A stretch of 64,000 bases of DNA, taken from the NCBI GenBank assembly GCA_051942205.1, contig JAVECO010000002.1:248001-312000 (forward strand), read 5' to 3'. The number at the start of each line of letters is the position of its first letter. Position 1 is the stretch's first letter. The DNA comes from Coniocarpon cinnabarinum. Taxonomy: Eukaryota. Of this stretch, positions 12,457-23,957 are shown in pieces. A program made the translations under genes and the position numbers. The notes under the pieces are model-generated. The model made no database searches. It saw only the letters and a list, made by a program, of their open reading frames with translations, and was not told the DNA's origin.

Positions 12457-13917
12457 ATGACAACGACAAGCGGCTCCGTCTGGAATCCTGATAATATCCG
12501 CGACGTCGCCGAGTCTGCTGGAGCGTCCGCTCTCACTTCAGACGCTGTTGATCACCTCACGCGCGACGTCGAGTTCCGCATTGGCCAAGTCCTTGAAGAA
12601 GCTCTGAAATGCATGCGTCATGCCAAACGGACAACGCTGTTCACACAAGACATCTCACAAGCTCTGCGCATCCTCGATCAAGAGCCGCTGTACGGCTATG
12701 AGAGCACGCGACCCCTGCGGTTTGGAGAGGCGAGCATCGGTCCAGGCCAGCCGCTTTTCTATGTGGAAGATGAGGAGGTCGATTTTGAGAAGTTGATAAA
12801 TGCGCCGCTGCCGAAGGTGCCTCGAGAAATCACCTTCACGGCCCACTGGCTTGCCGTTGAAGGCGTACAGCCTACGATACCCCAGAACCCTGCGCCCGCA
12901 GACTCAAGACAATCAGACCTTCTCCCGAAAGGTCAAGGCGCAAATCCCCATACTGCCGCGCTTGCGGGCGCTGACAATCTCTCTGTCAAACCGCAAGTCA
13001 AGCACGTTCTGTCACAAGAATTACAGCTTTTCTTCGCACAGGCCTGCGCCGCGGTTCTCGATGAAGGCAATCCAGAATTTCGCGCCGCTACACTTACAGC
13101 ACTAAATACCCAGACACAACTACATCAGCTGCTGCCTTATTTCGTGCACTACATTGCCGAGAAGGTGACGCACTCGATGAAGAATCTTTTCATCCTTGCT
13201 CAGATGTTGCATCTCACTGACGCGCTGATCGAGAACCAATATAATAATATGCAGCCGTATATTGCACAATTAACACCACCAATCTTGACATGTCTAGTCG
13301 GGCGCAAACTTGGACCGACAAATGGCAACTCTTCGAACAGCTTCACCGCTTCCCTCACAAATGGCCACACACACAATCATCCTGAAGGCATACCCGCTCA
13401 TTACGCCCTCCGCGACCTCGCAGCATCACTGCTGTCTAAGATCGTGCAGCCAAAGTTCGCAGACGCGACACCTAGCCTGAAACCGCGCATTCTCCGCGCT
13501 TTACTCAAGCATCTCCTCAGCCCCAATACCCAGACAGCAGGGACATACTATGGCGCGCTCAAGGGCATCAGCGTCGTCGCCGGCTCCGAGGGCGCACGAG
13601 TCCTACTGTTTCCGAATCTGGCGTCGCTGAATGACGTTCTCATGGAGACGCTCGGAGACGAGGGCACCCCACCGCAAGAACGGGAAAAGCGCGAGTTAGA
13701 ACTCAGGATGGTGGTTCACGCTGCGGTGGAAGCGTTGGCAATGCTCGAAGAAGAGGACGTGTTTATCAGTCGACAGGGTGGCGACATTGACGAGGAGGAG
13801 CGTAAGAAGATTTTTGAAAAGCTTGGGTCGCTGGTCGGACAAGGCGTATTAGATCAGCAGCGGTCCGGACTGGTAAAAGCGGTGTTGAGGGCAGGTGAGG
13901 TGGGATTGCCCGAGTGA
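12457..13917 (+). CDS. TAF6: TFIID subunit 6 (TAF6)
   Basis: Histone-fold N-terminus (IRDVAESAG...RDVEFRIGQVLEEALKCMRHAKRT..DISQALR..EPLYGY), EVDFEKLINAPLPKVPR, AHWLAVEGVQP and KHVLSQELQ. Intronless 486 aa ORF. Confidence 0.97.
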   Translation: MTTTSGSVWNPDNIRDVAESAGASALTSDAVDHLTRDVEFRIGQVLEEALKCMRHAKRTTLFTQDISQALRILDQEPLYGYESTRPLRFGEASIGPGQPLFYVEDEEVDFEKLINAPLPKVPREITFTAHWLAVEGVQPTIPQNPAPADSRQSDLLPKGQGANPHTAALAGADNLSVKPQVKHVLSQELQLFFAQACAAVLDEGNPEFRAATLTALNTQTQLHQLLPYFVHYIAEKVTHSMKNLFILAQMLHLTDALIENQYNNMQPYIAQLTPPILTCLVGRKLGPTNGNSSNSFTASLTNGHTHNHPEGIPAHYALRDLAASLLSKIVQPKFADATPSLKPRILRALLKHLLSPNTQTAGTYYGALKGISVVAGSEGARVLLFPNLASLNDVLMETLGDEGTPPQEREKRELELRMVVHAAVEALAMLEEEDVFISRQGGDIDEEERKKIFEKLGSLVGQGVLDQQRSGLVKAVLRAGEVGLPE

Positions 13918-14333
13918 GAGCGAAGGTTGAAACGAGATGGGAAGATCAGACCTCTCCCTGAATCGAAAACACTAATTCATCGCTGAACTACAAAACAGGA
14001 GATAACCCAGCCTATGTGCACGACCCACATACTCCAGCATGATGGCACACTTGCATTAAAGGCAAGTTCAAAGTACAAGCGTGTAGTGGAGAGCTCTTTC
14101 AGCGCTTCACTCCATTGGAGAAGGAAAGCATTGGATGACGAGGGAACCTTCAGAGATTGTATGGTTCACGCCGAAGTGTCACCACGCACCTATCAGCCAT
14201 GGGGAAGGCTGGTTTGCTGCTTCGCCTCGTTCCTCGCTGGAAGAGTGGCACAAACTATATGCCCAACACAAGAGCAGGTTCAGATTCGAATCCGCAAGTC
14301 TGCTCACTGCAGATTATGTGTCGTTGCTCGCAC

Positions 14334-16055
14334 CTAAATTGCAGACGAGTCAAGAGCAACGCCACCATCAGAATCACCCACATCTTCTCCCTCTCCATCT
14401 TCCTCCATCTTCCTCCCATCCTCATCCCCCTCGGTATCCTTTTGCCTCCTTCCTTGTTGCCCTCTCCCTCTCATTCCTGTCTTCTGACTTTCCCCTTGAT
14501 CCGGCTGCTTCCTCTTCCCTGCCCCGTCCACCTTCCTACTGGACCACTTTTCTCTCGCCTTTCGCTCATCCTCTTCACTCCACATTCTCGGTAGGACCGC
14601 AAACACCAAATAGCTCGTATGACTTTTGATTTCCGGTTCCGTGCGACAAACCAATCGCCCTTCTTTCCATCCCTTCCGATCTTTTTGCGCTTCCTTAATG
14701 CGATTGAGTCTGGCCGCACGTGTCTCCGCCGCCTCTCTCTGACCATTCTCGACTCTGCGTCCGCCATTGTCTTTCCCCTCCCTCCGTCCACTCTCATCTC
14801 CCTGTCCATCCTTCACCTCCCCATCACGTTCCCTCTCCCTAAACTCCCGATCTCGTCTCTGCACCTCCCTCAACCATTCCACGGACTCACTCACATCCCT
14901 CGCTACCGCATTCACGCCCCTCAGTCCCTCTAAATCGAGCCCCACCCGCTCGCGCCGCACTTCAAGACGCCGGTGTAAGAGCTCCGTCATGTGGATTTCG
15001 AGGAAGCCGTGGTGGCGCAGGGATGTGATGAAGGATTGGGCCTGTTCGATGCAGGGGAGGAAGGCGCAGAGGTGGGATGTTTCATTTTTGAGGGGATTCT
15101 GCGGCGAGGTGAGGTGGGGGAGGACATTCTGGGGGGTAGGAAGGTCGAGGAAGATGGCTGTTGCTTGGGGTGATGTGTTATTTTGAGGGCTTGGACTGTA
15201 CTCGGCGTTGTGGTCTGTTTGCGATGGCTTATCTTGTGTTGATGTTCCTGGGGGCAAGAGGAATCCATCTTTACACACGTCCCGCTCCACGACTGTCACC
15301 AGTCCATCTAATCCATGTTCCTCAACTTCCTTGCGCAAGACCTCCACCCGCGGTCGGTGATACTCATAACTGAATATCTTGCCCGTCTCTTCACCTTGAT
15401 TGCCGTTATACACCGCCCTCGCCGCTGCATGCGTGAAGCTTCCGCTTCCAGCGCCGGCCTCAATGACGCGACTCCCGGGTCGAATACGCAATCGCTGGAT
15501 GACGTAGCTGTAGTCGGGTGTATAGACGACTTGTGTACGATGAGGTAGGGAGATAGTCCAGCTTTCAGGGGTCAGAGGAAGGAGATGCGCAAAGCCCGTA
15601 GCGGCTTGCTTCGGTAGGGGTCGATCGAGCTGCTGTTTTTTCGCCGGTGGTTGAAGAGGCGGAGGCTCAGCAGCGTTGCGCTTGCGAGGAGATGTAGGAG
15701 ATTCTGTCGGCTGCTGTTGTTCTTCAGCCGGCGAAGGGGAAGGCTCATCTGCTATGGCTGCGCTTTTCTGCTGTTGCTGGTGGCGCTTCTTCTGCCCTCT
15801 ACTTCCCGTATCCACGACACTGGCGCGGACTTGGCTACCCCATGACACATCAAGCAGGGTCGAATGCGGGTACGACCCAAAGCGTGTGTTTGTCACATGG
15901 CCTTCTGCATAGCCCGTAACCTCTTGCGCGGCCGATGACGTGGGCTGGAGGCGGACTGGTACGAGATTGTCGCGGCGGAGGTGGAGCAGCGCGGTGCTGT
16001 CTGGCTGTGACGCAGCATGTGCGGGAAGGAATGGTGGTTGAGTCGCCGACTCCAT
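14334..16055 (-). CDS. TRM61: tRNA (adenine-58-N1)-methyltransferase catalytic subunit
   Basis: TRFGSYPH, WTISLPHRTQVVYTPDYS, VIEAGAGSGSFTHA, FLDLP, FLPCIEQ and SHTSYLVFA motifs. Confidence 0.95.
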   Translation of the reverse strand: MESATQPPFLPAHAASQPDSTALLHLRRDNLVPVRLQPTSSAAQEVTGYAEGHVTNTRFGSYPHSTLLDVSWGSQVRASVVDTGSRGQKKRHQQQQKSAAIADEPSPSPAEEQQQPTESPTSPRKRNAAEPPPLQPPAKKQQLDRPLPKQAATGFAHLLPLTPESWTISLPHRTQVVYTPDYSYVIQRLRIRPGSRVIEAGAGSGSFTHAAARAVYNGNQGEETGKIFSYEYHRPRVEVLRKEVEEHGLDGLVTVVERDVCKDGFLLPPGTSTQDKPSQTDHNAEYSPSPQNNTSPQATAIFLDLPTPQNVLPHLTSPQNPLKNETSHLCAFLPCIEQAQSFITSLRHHGFLEIHMTELLHRRLEVRRERVGLDLEGLRGVNAVARDVSESVEWLREVQRRDREFRERERDGEVKDGQGDESGRREGKDNGGRRVENGQREAAETRAARLNRIKEAQKDRKGWKEGRLVCRTEPEIKSHTSYLVFAVLPRMWSEEDERKAREKWSSRKVDGAGKRKQPDQGESQKTGMRGRGQQGRRQKDTEGDEDGRKMEEDGEGEDVGDSDGGVALDSSAI

Positions 16056-16786
16056 TGGCGGTAGCACCTTCTGACCAAGCAAACACGGCCAAAGGGTCTC
16101 GGATCAAGAAGCTTAGGACTATCAGGTGCTTCGTTCGACGGTGGAAAATCTCAAACTTGGACCGCCACGCAGTCTGTGCGCCAATGTTCTAGTGTATACC
16201 AAATGCCTTGGCATTGTGGAAGTTCTCCTGCCAGCCAGATACGACTACCAGGCTTAGCGCATGCAAGGCCCCACACGTGCAGACAAATGCAACCCCTAGC
16301 ATGGTCGAACGTCGACTAAGACTAATTCCAGATTCCACGGAACAGTGCGCAGCACACCACGTACCAGACAAAAATTGGATACGGTTGGGTCCAGACTTGC
16401 GGCTGACGGTTTGTGTCCAAGATGACTGGTGTATTGAAGTCGCTAATATGTTTGCCTTCATTTGTGTTGGGTGATCAAGTACTCGATCCTATTTTCATAC
16501 TTTTGCCGGGCGTGCAAACACAGTATAACGGCTGTGAGACATTGGCCCTTCTGGAATTGTTGTTGCTGTTATGCGTGAGGACATATATTTGTTGTGATTT
16601 CCCTTCAGTCTTTCTTTTCTTCTTTTCTGAATCCCAGAAACATACTCACATCTCATTTGTGTTGCAGCTGGTTTGCTACATCATCTCTTTTGTAATCACG
16701 CTCTTTGCTCTCTCATTCGTTCGCAGTAATCAGTTTCACAATCTCTTCGAGAAGGCGCCTGAGTATCACTGTTCTGCTCTCCTCCG

Positions 16787-17581
16787 ATGGCTTCCTATCT
16801 GACGAACACCGAGAAACCGTCTAAAGCTGCAACTGGGCAGGTTCGATTGACCAACAACTTTCCTGCCTTCCCTCGCGCTGGGGACAGAGGTTACGTGGCC
16901 GTGCATGATATTCCTGAGGGAACCGTGATCTTCAGGGAGGAAGCATTGATTGAGATTCGACTATCGACTCCAGAGGACCCACATCCAGACACAAGAGAAC
17001 AGCTCGCACGAGTGCCTGCCGCAGCACTGAATCGTCTGCGAGAGCGACGCCGGCCACTTCACGGTGAGCTTCGTACAGACGCATCAATTTTCCAGAACCA
17101 TGCTTTGCCGTATCTATCCCAATTCAGAGGTCAAACATATCTTGGCATCTTCGACAAAATCAGTCTGGTCAATCACTCTTGCACGCCGAACGCTCAATGG
17201 CAATGGCATGACTTTGATCACGCGAACGGCGACGTGCGACGAAGCTTCATGTCACTTTATGCCTCCCGAACAATACGCCAAGGCGAAGAGGTCACAATAT
17301 GCTACATGCCGGAAGTCATTGGTCTGGATTGTCGTGAGCGACGAGACTTGCTACAGCAAAGCCGCCACTTTCAATGCCTGTGCGAGGCATGCACAGCGTT
17401 TCTCCACAATCAAGACGATCGGCGTCGTGGGATGACAGCGAACTTTCGAAAATACATCATTCAGGTGTCTCAACACCTTGATTGGCAGCGCTTGTCTCGC
17501 ATTGAGCGTACTATACGTACTATATGGGGACTAATGGGTCTGGCTGGTGGTCTCAGACAATGGTTCTTCCAGGAGCCCTAG
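16787..17581 (+). CDS. SET-domain (SMYD/Set5-like) lysine methyltransferase
   Basis: RGYVAVHDIPEGTVIFREE, SLVNHSCTPN, IRQGEEVTICY and post-SET FQCLCEAC. C-terminus may be truncated. Confidence 0.85.
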   Translation: MASYLTNTEKPSKAATGQVRLTNNFPAFPRAGDRGYVAVHDIPEGTVIFREEALIEIRLSTPEDPHPDTREQLARVPAAALNRLRERRRPLHGELRTDASIFQNHALPYLSQFRGQTYLGIFDKISLVNHSCTPNAQWQWHDFDHANGDVRRSFMSLYASRTIRQGEEVTICYMPEVIGLDCRERRDLLQQSRHFQCLCEACTAFLHNQDDRRRGMTANFRKYIIQVSQHLDWQRLSRIERTIRTIWGLMGLAGGLRQWFFQEP

Positions 17582-18081
17582 TTTTTGCGGATGCTTGCCT
17601 AGGCTGGCCAGCTTGCATGATTCTTTTAACATCTCCCAACGCGCACAAGCAAGTCAGGCAATACGATATGTTTCTGGTGCTGACCAAATCATAGTGGCAA
17701 TAGAAGAGGCAAAGACGTAGGGAGACCGGATAAGTAATGCTCTGAAATGGTTGAAAGCACTGCAAGAGCATCGGAGCAGGACGCAGATACAACAGGATAC
17801 CAGGAATGCCAATACGTGCTGAGCACATACCAAATGAATTAAACCACGTTCTTTCGAGTCTTATATTTCCTGGTGCGCATTCCGAATGGCGCATTGTCCT
17901 TTGGATGAGACTTTTGCATGTTTGTTCTCATAGGCGATGACCATCAGGTCGTGACGCCGTCATACGTCAAACCCGTTACCGACTCAGGGAAAGCCCGCGG
18001 TAGCGTTGGACGTAAGAGAAAATTGATGAGGTATAGCACGTCTTTCTCTATAAGTCAAGCAAACCTCGCGCACGGGATTAC

Positions 18082-18474
18082 TTATTGTGTAGCTGGCGTT
18101 GGTGGCATTGCCTTAGGATCCTTGGGTACCCACGTCCAAGGCAACGGCAGCCCCGTCTCTCGCTGAACCTTCTCACGCATGTTCTGCCTCACGAAAAGCT
18201 TCACCTTCTCATGCCCCTTCTCTCTCTGCTGTTCGTTAAACGTCCAGGGCACGACCAGATTCATGACGCGCTCGTCCTTGGCGCTGGGTTGCTCACTGAA
18301 GTTGATCTGAGCGTCCTCGATCTCGCCGGAATAGCAGTGCTCGACAGCCTGATAGATGAAGCTCTTCCAAGCGTAGACGCGCTCGTTGTTAGGTCCGGAG
18401 TCGTCGTCACACTCGCTCAGGTCGAAGTGGTAGGCCGGTGGCGAATGCAACATCTGCTCAGAGTGGTGGTTCAT
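18082..18474 (-). CDS. Hypothetical protein (about 130 aa; ORF open further upstream)
   Basis: The 3' part of the 295-aa ORF reads like a real protein (YAWKSFIYQAVEHCYSGEIEDAQINF...). No family recognised. Confidence 0.4.
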   Translation of the reverse strand: MNHHSEQMLHSPPAYHFDLSECDDDSGPNNERVYAWKSFIYQAVEHCYSGEIEDAQINFSEQPSAKDERVMNLVVPWTFNEQQREKGHEKVKLFVRQNMREKVQRETGLPLPWTWVPKDPKAMPPTPATQ

Positions 18475-18965
18475 GCTCTTAGTGGCGCCGGCGCCCCAAT
18501 ACTGTCGATGTAAGAATCTCTTCTTGAGAAGCTCGGAAGCGCACCACCAAGAGGAAACAGGAATTACGCGTTTTGTAATGCAAGGTACGAAAGAGACAAA
18601 TATATGTGTTATCGCACGTGAATTGGTCAGTCGGCAGGGGATTAGCCAAGGCGTTTTGGAGAGATGGATCACGCTCAGTTCCGCGATCGAAAATGCATGG
18701 GGCCACGTGTCAATTGCCTCTTGAAACATTGGCCCCCGGCTTGCGTGTAGATCAAACAGAGCCACGGTATGATGCGCACGCCGCCTCATTGATCCTGCCC
18801 TGTATTTGCGAGTCTCTTGATCCAAAAGGTGATGGAATACCGACCAAATTGCATGTCTGCCTTGCTTGTACAAGGTTAGTCCATGGCTCGTATACTTGAT
18901 ATAGAAGGCGGTCAAATAGCCATATCGTGGCTCGAATCGCAGCTTGCAAGGTATATTCACGAAGA

Positions 18966-19670
18966 TCAAGGGATGCGAGTCTGGAGCTCTCGACGCCTAC
19001 TTCTGAGCGCTGCTGATGTTCCAGAGAGCTCATGAACTTGATCAACCCCAGCGAGCTCATCAGCTTGACGTCGACCTTGCGATGAGTCGAGAGCGTTGGT
19101 CGCATCACTGAATGGATCCGGGTCTGCACGATTAACAGCAGTATACGTGTCGGTTTCCCGTTCCGCCGACGATTGATACATATCAACCAGTTCTGCGTTC
19201 CTTGTATCATACCCTTGAATAGCTGTTCTTTTCCTCCGACGCAAGAGCCACAAGCTGATGGCAACCACGCCAGCAATGAGAGCGACACCGAGAATCACCC
19301 CCACTGCGACGCCAGCTTTTGCGCCTCCACTCATACCGCCAGCTGTCCCAGTTTCGAGGAGAGTAGGCGTAGTTGCTGCGCTACTTTGAGTGATCGTGGA
19401 GGGAACAGGAGTCGCTAAGCTACTAGGAGCGGTCGTAAGGATCATATGAGTTGCTGCAGGGCTCATGACAATTTGTGTGGGCCCTGGGAAAAGGGAGAAT
19501 GGATATGCAGAGAACGTCGCATTGAGCTGCGGCTGCGAGCAGTCCGTATCACCATTGTCTCTCTTCGAACAACACGCCCAAATACTAGAAGTTGTATTGA
19601 GCGGCATGGCATCCGCACGTTCATTGTCGTGGCAGTTTCGGGAACAGTATGGGTCTGAATAACTGGATTT
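18966..19670 (-). CDS. Single-pass Mid2/Wsc-like membrane protein; 5' end unresolved, possibly degenerate
   Basis: Cys-containing ectodomain (YSDPYCSRNC...WACC...C), Ser/Thr stalk, GMSGGAKAGVAVGVILGVALIAGVVAISLWLLRRRKR TM with stop-transfer, and a cytosolic tail with xxEL repeats. Confidence 0.7.
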   Translation of the reverse strand, partial: KSSYSDPYCSRNCHDNERADAMPLNTTSSIWACCSKRDNGDTDCSQPQLNATFSAYPFSLFPGPTQIVMSPAATHMILTTAPSSLATPVPSTITQSSAATTPTLLETGTAGGMSGGAKAGVAVGVILGVALIAGVVAISLWLLRRRKRTAIQGYDTRNAELVDMYQSSAERETDTYTAVNRADPDPFSDATNALDSSQGRRQADELAGVDQVHELSGTSAALRSRRRELQTRIP

Positions 19671-21858
19671 TAGTCAGTCGAATCCCAGTCAATGATCAGT
19701 GAAGAATCAGTCGAACGTCAATCGAATGTCGTTGCCCTAAGGTATCGGTCGGTGCACAAAGTTCCTGTCTAGGCCTATTGCAGTAGATAGACCTCATCTC
19801 AACACTACCGGAAGTGCGCCAAGCGCCAGATGCAAGTCCTGCGTTCTATTTGGTAGATGCCTTCTATGTCCTCGTTGCACTGGTAACCATCTATCACCGC
19901 GCACGGGGAATTGCTCCAAAATAGATGTCGTATTGGGTCCTGGGACTCGTGGGCATGTCTTGGGTGTTACAGGCTCGGCATTTCATGGAAATTTGATGAA
20001 AACTAGAACAACGCACCTTGGATCTGTGCATCCTCCCATATAAAATCCTGACGTAACATCAGTCGGCCGATGGTTGAAGCCGCATATGCCAAATGCTCCG
20101 CACCTGCTCCGAGTCAACGAAGTTGTCCGCGTTGGAATTGAGAAAAGAGACTCTTACACCGTGTTGTCAAGATCGAAATCACAACACTGTACGACACCAG
20201 ATTTGGGATTGGCGAAACCAGCCACGGAACTACCGCAGGGCTTGTAGTTACCGTTACATGGTACCGGATGGCCGTAGGCGTCGCCACAGAAGCACGGCGA
20301 GTCTTGTGAGGAAGACATGGGTTGCAGCAACGGTAACGAGGTGCTGTTAAGAAAAGATGATCATAAAACGCCGAAGAGCGGTGGCGAATATTGGTTCAAG
20401 ACAGAATCGTGAGCGCGCCAGAGTTCCAGGATCATCAGCGGGCAGGAGATATAGGCAGACACTTGATATCAGTGCTATCAGGGGCAAGACAGGAAATTAA
20501 CGCTTGCAGCCGAATAAGTCCAGGCGCGTACTCGTCTTTCACAAAGCATAAGCGGTACTTAATATCCAATGATTACTGTCCTCCTGCATGACGTTGCGTG
20601 CAAGGCAAACATTTTCCTAGTTCTCTGCAAGGGGCTCCGGTCTGAAACCCCTCTGCTGAAGCCGAAACGGATGGAGGAAAGGCGGGTGTGTTGGGTCAGC
20701 GCCTCCCATTGACGAGCCAATAATACCTGGACACCTGTGCATACAACGATTTATTCGGGGGACCTTGAGGATGAGGTAGAGACTATACGCAGTGCGTGCT
20801 TATTAACCTGGCGGAGTAATTTCCGGCCTGCGGCAAGGGTCGTATCTCAGTCTGGGCGGCGATCCTATACGATAAGGATAACTTGAATCACACGGCTGTG
20901 GTAACAACGGCGAAAGTCCCTTTGCGCCTTTTAGTATGCTGAATTGTAGTCTGGCGAGTACTTTCCCACAAGGCCCTTGCGGTGATGTCGAGCTTCAACT
21001 CAACAAAGTGGCGCTGAAGCGGGCGGGCTTTTCCTGGCGCCTGGCCTGCGAGTCGTGGACGCCCGATCCAATATTTTACACCAAGCCTATGCCCGGAGCC
21101 TCTATCAGGCATGGCGCTACGCTGTGAACCGGTCTTGTTGTCGCTTGAGCAGACCCAGCAAGCCAACCAGGCGCTCAAACGCATACCTTGCTATTCCAAT
21201 AGTGGTGAATCCTGAAAGCGCATTGCCCAGCATGTCGATTTTACTTCAGCCAAGTGGGAGGCGCATAGTGACCCGTTTCACAAACCTCCGCTCTCTTCTG
21301 CTGCTCACCGGTTCCGCTCACAGCCTCAGCCGGCCACACGTATGCAGGCGACAATTTCGCAAGGGAACATCGAGACGGTCAGATTGTTCGTGTAAGACGA
21401 GACGAACCCAAGTGTCGCTCGATGTGTTGAAATGCTACCGGATTTTCTCGAATTTGTAAAGCTTGACGAAAATCCACCGCCGTTCTGGAAATTGCAACAA
21501 AGTTTCTGTGACACTCCATGGACAACTGGGCGCTGGGAGTTAATTTTAACGTGAGGCGATATGCCGATCTGTGGCCGTTTGTTGCGTTGAGCTAGGGTGC
21601 TCGTCAAAGGGTTGAAGAGTACGTTTCATAACGGTATATGTCGATTGTTCCGCTGTTCACCTAGCATTTGTACCCTTTTCCCGGGGTAAATAAGATGCAG
21701 CCCTGCCCTTCGAGTTCATCATGTGCTAATTTTCTCATGTTTTGTCTGGCGGTCCTCACGTCGAACTGAATGTTCAAGTCAGCTCTGCAGGCACACCCAT
21801 TCAAACATGTAGGAACTGTCATGGCTGAATTGTGCTTTTACATACAGTTCTCAGAAGC

Positions 21859-23662
21859 TTAGATGTACTTGTAGGGATTCATGATTCCATTCTTGCCGTT
21901 TGTTAGCCATTTGAACCCCATGTGAAGACAATGCAGACTCACTGGATCCCAAGCATTCTTGACGCCTTTCATTAGACTAATCATACCATCAGTCCTTGAA
22001 TAATTGATGAACGGCTTCTTCGCGAGGCCCAATCCGTGCTCAGCACTAATGCTTCCTTTCTTTTGGGCGACCCATTCAAACACCCATGGTTCCAGAGCCT
22101 TTTCGACCCTCTTGTCGAAACCTCGTGTAGGCACATTGAGATGCAGATTTCCATCACCGAGGTGACCGTAGCCTACCGCGTCAACGACAGGATAGGAGTC
22201 TCCGTCACCGAGAAGGCCCATGCTTCGGAGCCTTTGTCTCGTCTCGCCTACAAGGTCATAGAGCTCATTGAGCGGCAGACTCAAGTCATACTTGTACACG
22301 CCCCCATAATGACCTAGTGCCTCAGGCACACCCTCTCGGCAGCCCCAAAGATTGCTCGCTTGGGTTGCGTCTTGAGCAACTACGCCATCGCTGACAATCT
22401 CATGCTCCATCACGTGATTTAAGAAGCCTTCCAGCTTTTCTTGATCGTGCTCTGCGTTGCTGCCGCTAGTTTCCACGATCACATAGAAAGGGTGCTCGTC
22501 GTCCATGGGAAGCTTGAGACCCTTGGCGTGGTGAAGCAGCTCCTGCGATTTGCGATCGGTAAACTCGAACGCGCTGATGATCTCGCCGAGCTGAGACTTT
22601 GCTGCTCTGAATGCTTCAAGACAATTCTGGAACGATGAGACACCGAATGCGGCCACATTCACTGAAGATGAGCGCTGCGGGCAGAGCACGGATACGGCTG
22701 TCACCACACCCAGTGTACCCTCGCCCCCAATGAAAAGCTGCTTCAAATCATACCCAGTATTGTTCTTCCGTAGCGTCGAAAGGTCATCGACAATGGTGCC
22801 ATCGGGAAGCACCGCCTCGAGTCCGAGGACATTGCCATGTAAGCTCCCATATCGAAGCAAGCGGAGGCCACCAGCGTTTGTTGCAACTACACCACCGAGC
22901 ATGCACGAGCCTTTCGCGCCGAGGTCGAGTGGGAATATGTGTCCACGCTCCGCAAGATAGCCATCGGCAACTTCGAGGATCACGCCCGAGTCTGCCACGA
23001 GTATTCCAGAAGTACTGTCAAATGAGCGGACTTTACTCATGCGACTAACGCTGAGAACAATCTCATCGAAGACGGGCACGCTTCCTCCAACAAGTCCGGT
23101 ATTGCCGGCTTGAGGGACGACTGCGAGCTTCTCTTTGTTGCAATAAGAGAGGATTTGTGAAATTTGTTGCGTTGAGGATGGACGTAGCACAAGTGTGCAA
23201 TGGCCTCGGTATTTGCGCATCCAGTCGGCATTGTAGGGATCTATGTCGCTGGAAGAGTGACCTTCAGAGGGGTCGTGAAGGATGGCAGAGTCAGGCTCGC
23301 CAGAGAGGATGGATCGAAACTGATTGAGATGGTCATCGTTGAGTTGGGCAAAGTGCGAGGAACGCTGTATGTTCGGATACCTAAAGAGAAAGCCCGCGTG
23401 TTAGTCTATGATGAAGAGAACACGGATCGCATGTGAATTACGCGTCAGAGGTAAACGCAGGTGCGCTTATATTTGGCTTTGCAACATCCTCATGCTGTAC
23501 TTCGGCTCCCTGGGCGGCTTGTCCTTGAAGGCGGAGTGCAGAATGTGCAAATGGCCTTATTGGCTGCGAAGAGGCTGGAAGGGGAGAATTTGGAAAACGA
23601 ACATAACGACTGTGATGAAGTCGCCGGGACAGAAACTGCATGCAAGTTCTCGTGGCATTCAT
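21859..23662 (-). CDS. DLD2: Mitochondrial D-lactate/D-2-hydroxyglutarate dehydrogenase (FAD-linked oxidase)
   Basis: Arg-rich presequence, PQAGNTGLVGGSVPVFDE, PLDLGAKGSC, LRKNNTGYDLKQLFIGGEGTLG, GHLGDGNLH, SAEHGLG and MNPYK. Introns 23381..23441 and 21892..21942. Confidence 0.96.
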
Positions 23663-23957
23663 GACTGGGCCAGGAACGAGCATTAGACGGAATGGACGAG
23701 ATGAAAGAAAAGGCAAACATTTAAACCCCGCGGTCCATCCCATCGTCCCTCAAAAGCCGATCCACCCAAGGATGCCTTTTTGCTCCTCGGCATCATTTGC
23801 AGCGAGCAGCGAGGTCACCTGCGAGTCGCCTTATATGACAGCTCGCGTTGGACACCGATGTGACGCGGCGAAAAAGGTACATGTTGCTAGTTCTATGAAC
23901 AATTTCGTTTGTTGCATGCTGATATCTGACTGAACTTTGCCTGCAGTCAGTCGTTGC

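Noticed and set aside
14135..15186. Several 100-165 aa plus-strand ORFs antisense to TRM61
   Set aside because: Low-complexity Leu/Pro/Ser shadows of the purine-rich charged tail of TRM61.
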